A stretch of 64,000 bases of DNA, taken from positions 2,624,001 through 2,688,000 of the forward strand of contig CAVTTN010000002.1 in the NCBI GenBank assembly GCA_963737655.1, given 5' to 3'. The notes beneath the pieces were generated by a model. That model was not told where the DNA came from. It worked only from the letters and a program-made list of their open reading frames with translations, and did no database searches. The position numbers were made by a program, and so were the translations under genes. Source of the DNA: an uncultured Planctomycetota bacterium (GTDB lineage: Bacteria > Planctomycetota > Planctomycetia > Isosphaerales > Isosphaeraceae). This document shows positions 1 through 11,744 of this stretch, in pieces (within the stretch, counting starts at the first letter, position 1; each line of letters begins with the position of its first letter).

Positions 1-1767
1 GCGAGGACGCCGAAGCTCGGGCCGGTCACCGCGACCTCGGCGACCATCACATTCACGCCCGAGTCGATGAGTGGCGTCTTCGACGAGCTGTACGCGGCGA
101 AGACCGTCGAGGCGAAGTCGGCGACGAAGTGGCCGGGAGACGCCGTTCTGAAGGAGGAGAAGATCGTCGAGAAACCGAACCCGAAGACGGGGAAGATGGA
201 GAAGCACAAGGTCTTCATCTACGACGTCGTCCAGCCCCAGGCCCCGGCGCTGGCGGCCCACCTCGGCGACGGCCGCGAGGGGTGGCTCGACCTGTGGAGG
301 CAGATGATCTGGGCGATCCCCCGGGGCGGCAACAACGTCCGGTCGCGGGCCCCGTTCCTGGAGTTCGCCGAGCGAGGGACGTGCGGCGAAGGGGCGGCGA
401 CGTGGGAATCGCTCCGGAAATCCGACCCGGCGTCGCCTCGCATCGAGCCGATCTCCGGCGCCCTGATGCTCGGGGCCCAGGCGGTCAACGCCGAAGGGGT
501 CCCCTTCGCGGGACGGGTCGATCAGAACCTCCTGCTCCACTTCTGGCAGGTGGTCGTCCATACGTTCGTCCCCCAGGTCGTCAGCAAGAAAGACGGCACG
601 GTCGAGCGGGCCGGCTACTCGCTGGCCATCCCCGACGTGGCCGACCTCCTGGAATTCCGCGCCGAATTCCCCGAGATCCTCCAGTCGCTCGCCGCGGACA
701 CCCCCGGCCACACGCCGTCGAAGGCCCGGCTCGACCTCCCTCAGCAAGCGGGCCTGGAGGTCCTCCGAATGGCCCGACGCCGGGCGATGGCCGCCGCCAG
801 GGCCGGAGTGCCGGGCGGGACTCCCGAGGCGGTGGAGTCGGCGGCCATCGCCTCGGCCGACCTGCACGAGGCGCGGCGCCTCGCCGGCCGACACGCGGGG
901 CCTTCGCCCGGTCGGAAGGCGGCGCGGCGGCTTCTCTCCGAAGGGGCCGTCGGCCTCTGGACCCAGAGCGTCCGCGCCGTCGAGACGTATCACATGCTCA
1001 AGCTCGGGAACAACGTGAAGCTCCTCGCGTTCGCTCGGGTCGCCGATCGCGCGGGCCTCGTCGATAAGTACGAGGGCATCGTCGAGAACTTCAAGAACCC
1101 GCTGTTCCGGGCCGCCCGCTGCCGGGCCCTGATCGAGGATCGCCCCTGGCATTGGGGGATGTCCGAGCTGTTCGCCGAGTACCCGCACCCGTTCTTCCTC
1201 GAAGGGGACGAGACGCCGAAGTACCTGCCCGGCTTCGGCCGCGACGTCGGCCGACTCTTCGGGGCCTATGAGAAGGAGATCCGCGACGTGAAGCCGGCCG
1301 AGATGGACAGCGACGAGCGGCTCAAGCGGCTCGGCACCATCATCCGCAACATGATGGTCAGCTACGTCAACCGCAAGGCGGCGAAGAAGCTCGGCCTCGA
1401 CTACGACGACTTCAGGGTCGAGGTGGTCGACGGCCGGAAGCGGAAGGTCGCGCCCGACCCCGAGAAGTTCCGCGAGAAACAGAGGCTCGTCTGCGACGAC
1501 GCCTTCCTCCAGATCCGGTCCCGCCACGACGAGGCCTTCCGCGACTTCTTCACCGACTCGATCCTCTCGGTCCCCCACTACTTCGACGCGAAGGCCGGGG
1601 ACCTCCCGTTCCTCATCCCGATCCTGATGACGCCCCCGGCCCGCGACCCCGTCGGCAACGCCCCCCTGAGCCGGGACGACATCCGGACCCTCGCGATGCT
1701 CGCCCTCTCCGCCCATTCGTCCAACGTCCGCAAGCGCGACCCCAGGAACGGAGACAACGCCCAGTGA
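1..1767 (+). CDS. cas8: Type I-B/I-MYXAN CRISPR large subunit Cas8 (Cmx8-like), probably 5'-truncated by the window edge
   Basis: Frame is open from the window start. Motifs LWRQMIWAIPRG, LGAQAVNAEGVPF, LLLHFW and LAIPDVADL resemble Cmx8. Lies directly upstream of a DevR-like cas7, with a GTGA overlap. Confidence 0.8.
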   Translation, partial: ARTPKLGPVTATSATITFTPESMSGVFDELYAAKTVEAKSATKWPGDAVLKEEKIVEKPNPKTGKMEKHKVFIYDVVQPQAPALAAHLGDGREGWLDLWRQMIWAIPRGGNNVRSRAPFLEFAERGTCGEGAATWESLRKSDPASPRIEPISGALMLGAQAVNAEGVPFAGRVDQNLLLHFWQVVVHTFVPQVVSKKDGTVERAGYSLAIPDVADLLEFRAEFPEILQSLAADTPGHTPSKARLDLPQQAGLEVLRMARRRAMAAARAGVPGGTPEAVESAAIASADLHEARRLAGRHAGPSPGRKAARRLLSEGAVGLWTQSVRAVETYHMLKLGNNVKLLAFARVADRAGLVDKYEGIVENFKNPLFRAARCRALIEDRPWHWGMSELFAEYPHPFFLEGDETPKYLPGFGRDVGRLFGAYEKEIRDVKPAEMDSDERLKRLGTIIRNMMVSYVNRKAAKKLGLDYDDFRVEVVDGRKRKVAPDPEKFREKQRLVCDDAFLQIRSRHDEAFRDFFTDSILSVPHYFDAKAGDLPFLIPILMTPPARDPVGNAPLSRDDIRTLAMLALSAHSSNVRKRDPRNGDNAQ

Positions 1768-2701
1768 ACCTCTTCGCCACCGTCCTGACCTACCCCGCCC
1801 CCTCGGCCAACTACCGCGGCGAGAGCGAGGAGAACCGCTCGGTGATCCAGAAGATCACCTACGGCCGGTTCGAGTACCCGATCATCTCGCCCGAGGCCAT
1901 GCGCAACGCCCTCCGCGAGACCCTGAGCGCGCTACGGCCTCCCCAGCAACCGCGAGCGGCTCCGCGACGAGGACCAACTCGCCGTCCGGTTCGCCGACTA
2001 CCCCGACCCGTCCCGGTATCGTCGACGACTTCTTCTTCGGCTACCTCGTCGCCGACCGCAAGAAGGTCGGCGAGGCGATGAAGAAGGCGGGCCGAGACAT
2101 CTCGAAGTTCCAGTACAAGCGCGACTCGATCCTCCGGATGAACCTGGCCAGGGGCCTCGAGCCCTACCGGAACAGCGTCGTCTTCACCCAGTCGCCCCTG
2201 ACGAAGACTTCCAAGGACGGGCCGGACTGGCAGAACTCCACCTCGTCGGCCCTCCTCCACCGCGAGACGGCCCTCACCGCCTTCCAGTACCCGCTGGCGC
2301 TGAACCTCGACGACTGCAAGCCGGCCATCCCGACTGGACGAAGGCCCTGCTGAAGGCCGTCGGCGAGCTGAACGACGTCGCCGGCAACCACGCCCGCAGC
2401 TACTTCGAGATGGCCCCGGCGAGCCTCGTCGTCCGCCTGACGAACCAACTGGTCGCCGGCTACGACACCTACGGATTCGACGCGGAGGGGGACTTCCCCG
2501 AGGTGATCGAGGGCATCCTCCGCGATCAGCCCGACTACCCGGGCCGCCGAGTTCTTCATCGCCGGCAAGATCGTCAAGGGGATGGCGGAGGACAGGCGGG
2601 CGAGGCTCGCAGACAAGGGCGTCACGCTCGAACGCGACCCGCGCCTCCTGCTCCAGGCCGTCGGCGACCGGGCCTTCCCGGCGAAGGGGAAGAGGCCATG
2701 A
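1764..2701 (+). CDS. cas7: Cas7 (DevR/Cst2-like), split by about 4 frameshifts (~1930, ~2018, ~2330, ~2543)
   Basis: N-terminus MNLFATVLTYPAPSANYRGESEENRSVIQKI...ISPEAMRNALRE. Later frames give DDFFFGYLVA, SALLHRE..TAFQYP and VAGNHARSYFEMAPASLVVRLT. Stop TGA at 2699-2701 overlaps the cas5 ATG. Confidence 0.85.
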
Positions 2702-3446
2702 TCCGGCTCCGCGTGGAGGCCCCCTTCGCCGCCTTCCGGCCGTTTGCCGCGGGCTGGTATCGGCCGACGGCGGCCTTCCTGGCCCACTCGGCCGCCTACG
2801 GCCTGGCGATGAACCTCGCCGGGGTCGAGACCCGGCGCGACGACGGGGTCTCGGACATGACCGTCACCCGGTTCGGCCTGCCCCGGGCCCGGGTCGCCGT
2901 CGGGGCCGACCCGGCCCGGCCCCTGCCGGCGGTGCAGACGGTCTTCCAGCAGCTCCACAACTACCCCGTCGGGGCCTCGGGCAAGGAGAGGAAGGAGGAC
3001 GCGAAGGGGAACAAGTACAACATCACCCCCGTCCGCCGCGAGTTCCTCTCCGACGTCCGCGCCGTCGTCGCCCTCGACTTCCTCGACGACCCCGAGGAGA
3101 TCGAGGCCCGCGTCCTCGAAGGGCTGCGCGGGGACCTCCTCGCTCGGGGACGCGGTACGGCCTGCCCTTCCTCGGCGACAACGCGTTCCTGATCGACCGG
3201 ATCGCGATCGTCGACGAGACGACCCCGGCCCGCTGGTACTGCCGCCCCGACGCCGACGCCGGGGCCGTCGAGGGTTCCACGCGACTGACGACGTGGATCG
3301 ACCGTCGCGACATGTCGAGGACCCGGTCCGACGTCTACGCCCCGGCGCCCGACGCGACCGCCGCCGTGCCCGAATCGGCCTGGGCGTCGATCGACCCCCC
3401 CGCCGATCCGGCGACCCCCGAGCCGAAGGCCCGCAAGAAAGGGTGA
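2698..3446 (+). CDS. cas5: Cas5 (DevS/Cmx5-like), one frameshift near 3150
   Basis: MIRLRVEAPFAAFRPFAAGWYRPT...SAAYGL..NLAG, QQLHNYPVG, KGNKYNITPVRREFL. Continues in another frame as RYGLPFLGDNAFLID to TGA at 3444-3446. Confidence 0.85.
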
Positions 3447-3454
3447 GATCCGCC

Positions 3455-5107
3455 ATGATCGCGACGGCACAAGACCCGCCCCTGCGGGTCATATCGCTCC
3501 ACGACCTGGGTTATTGCCATCGGCTGTTCTACCTGGCCGAGGTCGAGGGACTCCAGGCCCCCAACGCCGCCATATACGCTGGGAGGGAGCTCCACGCCTC
3601 GCTCGCGGCCGACGAGGACGGCGAGCGGACCCAGTTCGAGCTGGCCGATCCTGCCCTGGGCCTCGTCGGCAAGGTCGATGCCGTCCGCCGCCGTGATGGC
3701 TCGCTCGTTCCGTATGAGCACAAGCGCGGCAAGGCCCGGCGGGCCGACGACCGGACCCCCGAGGCGTGGCCGTCGGACCGCCTCCAGGTCGTCGCCTACG
3801 CCGCCCTGATCGAGTCGGCCACCGGCCAGGCCGTCCCCGAGGGCCGCGTCCGCTACCATGCCGACGGCGTGACCGTCCGCGTCCCCGTCGACGAGGCCGC
3901 CCGTGCCGACCTGGCCGGGGCGATCGCCACCGCCCGACGCCTCCGCGAGTCCACCGAGCGGCCCCCGGTCGCCGAGAACGAACGCCTGTGCGTCCGCTGC
4001 TCGCTCGCCCCGGTCTGCCTGCCCGAGGAGGTCCGCCAGGCCGAGAGGCCCGACCACCAGCCCGTCCGCCTCTACCCGCCCGACCGCGACGGCGCCAGCC
4101 TCCACGTCGTCACGCCCGGCGCGAAGGTCGGCCGCTCGGGCGATACCCTCGTCGTGACTCCCCCCGACGGCGACCCGCCCACGAAGCACGCCATCCGCGA
4201 GGTCGACTCACTCCTGCTCCACGGCTTCGCCCAGGCCACGACCCAGGCGCTGCAGCTCTGCGCCGAGAGGGGCGTGCCGGTCCACTGGGTCTCGGCCTCG
4301 GGCCACCACTCGGCCAGCCTCACGGCGTCGGCCGGGCAGGTCCAGCGGCGGCTCCGCCAGTACCGCGCCCTGGCCGACGAGGCGACCTGCCTCCGCCTGG
4401 CCAGGGCCCTGGCGCTCGGCAAGGTCGAGGGCCAGCACCGCTACCTCCTCCGCGCCTCCCGGGGCGACGAGGCCCTCCGCGAGGCGATGGCCCCGGACCT
4501 CGTCCCGATCCGAAACGCCCTGGCCTCGATCGCCGGGGCCGCCGACCGCGACTCCCTCCGGGGGCTGGAAGGCTCGGCCGCCGTCGGCTACTTCCGCGGC
4601 CTCGCCCGGCTCCTGGCCCCCTCGGTCCCGGAGGACCTCCGCTACTCGACCCGGACCCGCCGCCCCCCTCTGGACCGCTTCAATGCACTCCTGGGGTTCG
4701 GCTATGGCCTTCTGCACACGGCCGTGATGAGGGCCATCCTCGCGTCGGGACTTGAGCCGTCGCTCGGGTTCTTCCACACGCCCCGGAGCGCCGCCTACCC
4801 GCTGGTGCTCGACCTCATGGAGCTGTTCCGCGTGCCCCTCTGGGACATGGTCCAGGTCGGCTCGCTGAACCGGGGGCAGTGGGACCCCGACGCCGACTTC
4901 GTCGCCACGAAGGCCAAGGTCTGGCTCTCCGACGCCGGCCGGAAGAAGGCCATCGGCCTGTTCGAGGCGAGGCTCGACGAGTCGTGGAAGCACCCGGTCG
5001 TCGGCTACTCGCTGTCGTACGCGAGGGCGATCGAGCTGGAGGCGAGGCTCCTGGAGAAGGAGTGGAGCGGAGAGCCGGGCCTGTTCGCCCGGATGCGGCT
5101 CCGCTGA
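3455..5107 (+). CDS. cas1: Cas4-Cas1 fusion endonuclease
   Basis: Cas4 part: YCHRLFY, GKVD, YEHKRG, Q..AY, C..CSL..VC. Cas1 part: LRGLEGSAA, RRPPLDRFNALLGFGY, GFFH, LVLDLMELFR. Confidence 0.95.
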   Translation: MIATAQDPPLRVISLHDLGYCHRLFYLAEVEGLQAPNAAIYAGRELHASLAADEDGERTQFELADPALGLVGKVDAVRRRDGSLVPYEHKRGKARRADDRTPEAWPSDRLQVVAYAALIESATGQAVPEGRVRYHADGVTVRVPVDEAARADLAGAIATARRLRESTERPPVAENERLCVRCSLAPVCLPEEVRQAERPDHQPVRLYPPDRDGASLHVVTPGAKVGRSGDTLVVTPPDGDPPTKHAIREVDSLLLHGFAQATTQALQLCAERGVPVHWVSASGHHSASLTASAGQVQRRLRQYRALADEATCLRLARALALGKVEGQHRYLLRASRGDEALREAMAPDLVPIRNALASIAGAADRDSLRGLEGSAAVGYFRGLARLLAPSVPEDLRYSTRTRRPPLDRFNALLGFGYGLLHTAVMRAILASGLEPSLGFFHTPRSAAYPLVLDLMELFRVPLWDMVQVGSLNRGQWDPDADFVATKAKVWLSDAGRKKAIGLFEARLDESWKHPVVGYSLSYARAIELEARLLEKEWSGEPGLFARMRLR

Positions 5108-5129
5108 GGGGCCGAGGGAGGCCGCCGAG

Positions 5130-5429
5130 ATGAACGACGCGAAATGGTGGCTCGTGTCCTACGACGTCCACGACCCGGGCCGCCTGAAGCGATGCGCCGG
5201 GGTGCTGGAGGGCTCGGGCCAGAGGATGCAGCACTCGGTCTTCCGCTGCTGGATGACCCCGGCGCAGATGCACCGGCTGAGGTGGGAGTTGACGGGGGTC
5301 CTGGAACCCGAGGACGAGGTCCTGATCATCCCGCTGTGCCCGAGGTGCGTGGCCGGGATGGAGACGACGCACTCGGCGAAGAACGCCCCCGACTGGCCCG
5401 AGGCCCCGGAGGGCTACCGGATCGTCTGA
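5130..5429 (+). CDS. cas2: CRISPR-associated endoribonuclease Cas2
   Basis: WLVSYDV..., G.RMQHSVFRC; 99 aa directly after cas1. Confidence 0.93.
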   Translation: MNDAKWWLVSYDVHDPGRLKRCAGVLEGSGQRMQHSVFRCWMTPAQMHRLRWELTGVLEPEDEVLIIPLCPRCVAGMETTHSAKNAPDWPEAPEGYRIV

Positions 5430-5691
5430 GGGCCGTCCGGGCCGATCACGTACCGGTGGGCGCGCCGGTGGCGACCCGGCCCCCGGCCCGGTAAGCTACG
5501 GCAGACCCGGCACTTGCGGCTCATTCTCAATGAGGACGATGGATGAACGATCGGAAGAGCAAGGGCAGCCACCGCTTGCGTCCAGCCGAGCGCCCGGGCG
5601 AGCGATCCTCCCGACCCGAGCGTCACCCTCGGGGAGATGCTTGAAAGGCAAGGACCGTTCCCCCATAATCGCAAGGAGTTACGAGCGGGCC
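5430..5691 (+). promoter_or_regulatory. CRISPR leader region
   Basis: Non-coding stretch between cas2 and the first repeat, slightly AT-richer near the repeat. Confidence 0.6.
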
Positions 5692-8600
5692 GTGACCCCG
5701 ACGACGAAGCCTTCGGGCTTTGAGCAGCCCTGACCGACCAGTTCGCGGCCGACGTCGCGAAGGTGACCCCGACGACGAAGCCTTCGGGCTTTGAGCAGAT
5801 CGACCCGCTGTCGGCCCGGCTCTGGGACTCGAGTGACCCCGACGACGAAGCCTTCGGGCTTTGAGCAGACATCCTCTGGCAGGGGGCCGCGCTGACGACC
5901 GACCTGTGACCCCGACGACGAAGCCTTCGGGCTTTGAGCAGCATCCGTTCGAATCGGTCTCGGCGGCGGCGTTGCCGGTGACCCCGACGACGAAGCCTTC
6001 GGGCTTTGAGCAGTCCCGACCGTCGCCGAGCTGCTCGGGACCAGCGCGTGACCCCGACGACGAAGCCTTCGGGCTTTGAGCAGCGAAGTCCACCGACAGC
6101 TCCAATTACGATCCCGCCGTGACCCCGACGACGAAGCCTTCGGGCTTTGAGCAGCCGACCTGGCCGCGCTCGACGCGGCGCCCCGGCGCGTGACCCCGAC
6201 GACGAAGCCTTCGGGCTTTGAGCAGAGCTTGCCCACCGGCAGCGTGATCGGCTTGCCGCCGTGACCCCGACGACGAAGCCTTCGGGCTTTGAGCAGATCT
6301 TGTAGGCCAGGCCGGTCGGCTCCTGGGCGGGTGACCCCGACGACGAAGCCTTCGGGCTTTGAGCAGCTCTCGCTACTCTGGATGTCCCGGGCGCGATGGT
6401 GTGACCCCGACGACGAAGCCTTCGGGCTTTGAGCAGCCATGCAGAAGCTGAGGGCCGGCCTCGCCGGCGAGTGACCCCGACGACGAAGCCTTCGGGCTTT
6501 GAGCAGACACGCAAACCGGGACTTCCGTGCTCAGCGGCGACCGTGACCCCGACGACGAAGCCTTCGGGCTTTGAGCAGCCGCCGCCCTGGTGCTCGCCCG
6601 CGCGGCCTGGGAGCTGTGACCCCGACGACGAAGCCTTCGGGCTTTGAGCAGCCATCCTGGAGGCCATCGCGCTGCGGGTATCCCACCGTGACCCCGACGA
6701 CGAAGCCTTCGGGCTTTGAGCAGCGGAAGCCCTGACGCGGCCCGTCCGGCGCTGGGGGTCGTGACCCCGACGACGAAGCCTTCGGGCTTTGAGCAGATCG
6801 AGTCCGAGGTCTGCCCGGCCGCCGACGCCTTCGTGACCCCGACGACGAAGCCTTCGGGCTTTGAGCAGAAGCCTACGCGACGGCCGAGGCGAAGGAGGCC
6901 CGGGTGACCCCGACGACGAAGCCTTCGGGCTTTGAGCAGCCCAGCGAATTGGGGGGCAGCCCGCTGGAGACCTGGTGACCCCGACGACGAAGCCTTCGGG
7001 CTTTGAGCAGCCCTGGCCGCCGACCTCTCGCCTCCAGCTCCGGCGTGACCCCGACGACGAAGCCTTCGGGCTTTGAGCAGTCCTTAAGGCCGGGAGCGAT
7101 CTCAATGAGACCCTGGTGACCCCGACGACGAAGCCTTCGGGCTTTGAGCAGTCGCCCCCTACGCGCTGATCTTCCTCCGGCCGTCCGGTGACCCCGACGA
7201 CGAAGCCTTCGGGCTTTGAGCAGAGTTGCCGTTGTGCGTGATGAGGACCACGCTCGGGTGACCCCGACGACGAAGCCTTCGGGCTTTGAGCAGATCTCGC
7301 CCTCGTCCTCCAGCGCCTGGAGCGACCGTGACCCCGACGACGAAGCCTTCGGGCTTTGAGCAGAACCAGCGGGCCGTCGCCCAGCTCTCGGCCGCCGGCG
7401 TGACCCCGACGACGAAGCCTTCGGGCTTTGAGCAGTCCTCGCGCCGGAGGAAGAGCGCCTCGTCCCGCCTCGTGACCCCGACGACGAAGCCTTCGGGCTT
7501 TGAGCAGCGACGAAGGACGGCCAGGCAGGCGGCGATCGCCCGAGTGACCCCGACGACGAAGCCTTCGGGCTTTGAGCAGATCAGCCGGGCGGTGTGGCCG
7601 ACGGGGCCCTCGGGTGTGACCCCGACGACGAAGCCTTCGGGCTTTGAGCAGAATGCCCGGATCGTCGGCGCGTCGCTGGGCACCGACGGTGACCCCGACG
7701 ACGAAGCCTTCGGGCTTTGAGCAGTGTACGAGCAGGGCCTCGTCCTCCAGAACCTCTGGGTGACCCCGACGACGAAGCCTTCGGGCTTTGAGCAGATGGA
7801 TCGCTCGGTCGGGACCGCCTCGTCCACCGGGGTGACCCCGACGACGAAGCCTTCGGGCTTTGAGCAGCATCCGGCCCGGTGTCCCGCCCGCTGTTCAGGA
7901 GAGTGACCCCGACGACGAAGCCTTCGGGCTTTGAGCAGATCTCGGACGTCCCAACCGGCTGACCCTGGCGACGTGACCCCGACGACGAAGCCTTCGGGCT
8001 TTGAGCAGATCCTCGGCGACGGCTCGGGCGCCACGGCGTTCGCCAGTGACCCCGACGACGAAGCCTTCGGGCTTTGAGCAGCCGTCTGGGTCGGCGTGGC
8101 CCCGGCCCCGGGCACCTCGTGACCCCGACGACGAAGCCTTCGGGCTTTGAGCAGGCCACGATCAGGACGAGGGCCGTGACGTCGCGGGTGTGACCCCGAC
8201 GACGAAGCCTTCGGGCTTTGAGCAGTCTGGGAGGATCGCCTCGACCTCGATCCCCCGAGGGTGACCCCGACGACGAAGCCTTCGGGCTTTGAGCAGCTGA
8301 AGGTGGTGGACGTGACGGCCCCGATCAGGAAGTGACCCCGACGACGAAGCCTTCGGGCTTTGAGCAGCCGGGTACGACGCGATCCCCGAGGCGCTGCAGG
8401 CGTGACCCCGACGACGAAGCCTTCGGGCTTTGAGCAGTCGGCACGGACGGCTCGGAGATCGTCGCGGCCGGGCCGTGACCCCGACGACGAAGCCTTCGGG
8501 CTTTGAGCAGCCGTTCGGCCGATGGACGACCCTCGGGACGCCCTTCGTGACCCCGACGACGAAGCCTTCGGGCTTTGAGCAGATCCTCGTCGGGAACCGG

Positions 8601-11600
8601 CGAAGGCTCGGGCCGTGCGTGACCCCGACGACGAAGCCTTCGGGCTTTGAGCAGACCTCACGGGCTACGAGTCCGGGGGCCACGTCGTCGTGACCCCGAC
8701 GACGAAGCCTTCGGGCTTTGAGCAGATCATGAACCAGCGCGACTCCGGCGTCTCGAATGAGTGACCCCGACGACGAAGCCTTCGGGCTTTGAGCAGTCGA
8801 GGAGCCATAAGTCGCGATGATCCGCCGGGTCGTGACCCCGACGACGAAGCCTTCGGGCTTTGAGCAGGACATCTTCAAGGAAAAGGACCGGACCGGCGAG
8901 CAGAGTGACCCCGACGACGAAGCCTTCGGGCTTTGAGCAGTGATGGCGCAAGTCATCGACGCCGCGGCCCTGTTCGTGACCCCGACGACGAAGCCTTCGG
9001 GCTTTGAGCAGGGGATGTTCACGTTCACGGTCTGGCCGAAGGTGCCCTGTGACCCCGACGACGAAGCCTTCGGGCTTTGAGCAGATGAATCCACCAACAC
9101 GCTCGGCATCCGGCTGGAGTGACCCCGACGACGAAGCCTTCGGGCTTTGAGCAGTCGTAGGAGACCGGCGAGCCCCGCCCGCTCCAGGCGTGACCCCGAC
9201 GACGAAGCCTTCGGGCTTTGAGCAGCTGCGCGGGGGGAAGTGAAGTGAAGCGATCGCTCGTGTGACCCCGACGACGAAGCCTTCGGGCTTTGAGCAGCCT
9301 CGTTCATGGCGACGGGAGCCAACGGCATCGTCCCGTGACCCCGACGACGAAGCCTTCGGGCTTTGAGCAGCAGCACGAAGCCGCTCGGGCGTTGGGCCTC
9401 TCGCAATGTGACCCCGACGACGAAGCCTTCGGGCTTTGAGCAGCCACCTACGAGGCCACCCCGCGCCGGATCGGCTTTGTGACCCCGACGACGAAGCCTT
9501 CGGGCTTTGAGCAGTGGTAATCCGAGTCGGGGATCGCCGCGAGGTCCGCGTGACCCCGACGACGAAGCCTTCGGGCTTTGAGCAGACCGCGAAGGGAGGC
9601 TCCATGCCGTGGGTGCGTAAGCGGCGTGACCCCGACGACGAAGCCTTCGGGCTTTGAGCAGGCCTGATCTACGAGACGGTGCGCGACCTGTGCTGTCGTG
9701 ACCCCGACGACGAAGCCTTCGGGCTTTGAGCAGCAGACCATCGGGCCCCCGAACCCGAGCGACCGGGCGGTGACCCCGACGACGAAGCCTTCGGGCTTTG
9801 AGCAGTTTAAGGGCAATGGCAAGGAGGAACGCAAGCTGGTGTGACCCCGACGACGAAGCCTTCGGGCTTTGAGCAGCGGAAGGCCGCGGAGTGGCTGAGG
9901 CGCAAGCTCGCCGTGACCCCGACGACGAAGCCTTCGGGCTTTGAGCAGCCCAGGAGGATCGACAGGTCACCCTCTTGACCGGGTGACCCCGACGACGAAG
10001 CCTTCGGGCTTTGAGCAGCATCGAAGGCGAGCGATCTCAAGATGCGTGTAAATGTGACCCCGACGACGAAGCCTTCGGGCTTTGAGCAGACCTCGGCCGC
10101 CCACGGGTTCTCGGTCGGGCAGGCGGGTGACCCCGACGACGAAGCCTTCGGGCTTTGAGCAGCCGCGCGGAACCTCCGGGCGATGAGGCACGCGCGATGT
10201 GACCCCGACGACGAAGCCTTCGGGCTTTGAGCAGGTGAACGTGTTGCGGGCCATGGGGCACCTCGGGGGAGTGACCCCGACGACGAAGCCTTCGGGCTTT
10301 GAGCAGTAATTGCTGGAGTCGCAGGAGTCGGCCATGCCCTTGTGACCCCGACGACGAAGCCTTCGGGCTTTGAGCAGCTGAGGCGAACAGGGGCAGCGGC
10401 CCGGGAGGCGTGTGTGACCCCGACGACGAAGCCTTCGGGCTTTGAGCAGCCGAGCGGGCCGAGGCCGCCGCCTTCCTCGGCCTGTGACCCCGACGACGAA
10501 GCCTTCGGGCTTTGAGCAGAACTCCTGGGGGACGCGGGGCCGGGGCGGCGGCTGGCGTGACCCCGACGACGAAGCCTTCGGGCTTTGAGCAGCCGTAGCC
10601 GTACTCGTCCTTGCACCACTGGAGGAGTGACCCCGACGACGAAGCCTTCGGGCTTTGAGCAGTTGACCTTGCCCGACGGGAACGGCGCCGCCGGGTCCGT
10701 GACCCCGACGACGAAGCCTTCGGGCTTTGAGCAGTGGAGACCTGGAAGGAGACGCGGCGGGTGATCGAGTGACCCCGACGACGAAGCCTTCGGGCTTTGA
10801 GCAGACGCATGACGGGCTGTGGAACCGTTATAGCAGCAGTGACCCCGACGACGAAGCCTTCGGGCTTTGAGCAGCTTCAGGCGTTTGGGGAGGGGTTCTC
10901 CGCCGGGGGTGACCCCGACGACGAAGCCTTCGGGCTTTGAGCAGTCTTCCGCACCGGCACGAACGGCCCGGCGATCGAGTGACCCCGACGACGAAGCCTT
11001 CGGGCTTTGAGCAGCCCTCAGCCCTGCGTGATGGCGACGGATACGTTCGGTGACCCCGACGACGAAGCCTTCGGGCTTTGAGCAGTGTTCATGGCCGGCA
11101 AGCCAGGGGAAGCGGCGGAGAGTGACCCCGACGACGAAGCCTTCGGGCTTTGAGCAGGAGTCGCCGACCTCCATAGCGCCGACGGAGACGCCCGTGACCC
11201 CGACGACGAAGCCTTCGGGCTTTGAGCAGCACGTCAGGACACCTCCACGATGCGCATGTCGGCGGGTGACCCCGACGACGAAGCCTTCGGGCTTTGAGCA
11301 GTCCTTGACCAGCGCGACCATCGCGCCGAGCGACCGTGACCCCGACGACGAAGCCTTCGGGCCTTGAGCAGCTCTGGGCCACCTGGCTCCCGCTGGAGCC
11401 GGAGGGTGACCCCGACGACGAAGCCTTCGGGCTTTGAGCAGAGTCGAACACATCCCCTTCGCCGGGGACGTGGCGACGTGACCCCGACGACGAAGCCTTC
11501 GGGCTTTGAGCAGAACGGACAGGAGCCCCGCGCCGGACCCTCGTCTCGTGTGACCCCGACGACGAAGCCTTCGGGCTTTGAGCAGTCGGGGTGTGTCGAG

Positions 11601-11730
11601 ATGGGCACCACCCGCCGGAATTGTGACCCCGACGACGAAGCCTTCGGGCTTTGAGCAGCTCACGACCCTCCCCGGGAACCCGCTGCGCCGCCTGGTGACC
11701 CCGACGACGAAGCCTTCGGGCTTTGAGCAG
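5692..11730 (+). CRISPR. CRISPR array: 85 repeats of 36 bp (GTGACCCCGACGACGAAGCCTTCGGGCTTTGAGCAG) and 84 complete spacers, mostly 34-37 bp (one of 40 bp)
   Basis: Repeats counted by hand at a period of about 71.5 bp. One variant noticed (repeat at 11336, GGGCCTTG). The 3' end TTGAGCAG resembles the TTGAGCAC handle of I-B/MYXAN repeats, supporting + orientation. Confidence 0.99.
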
Positions 11731-11744
11731 GCCCTCGACAAGGT

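Noticed and set aside
7081..10053. Shared 12-mer GAGCGATCTCAA in two spacers, and short spacer matches to genes in the window
   Set aside because: Too short to exceed chance in GC-rich DNA. I saw no full-length duplicate or self-target by eye, though the search was not exhaustive.
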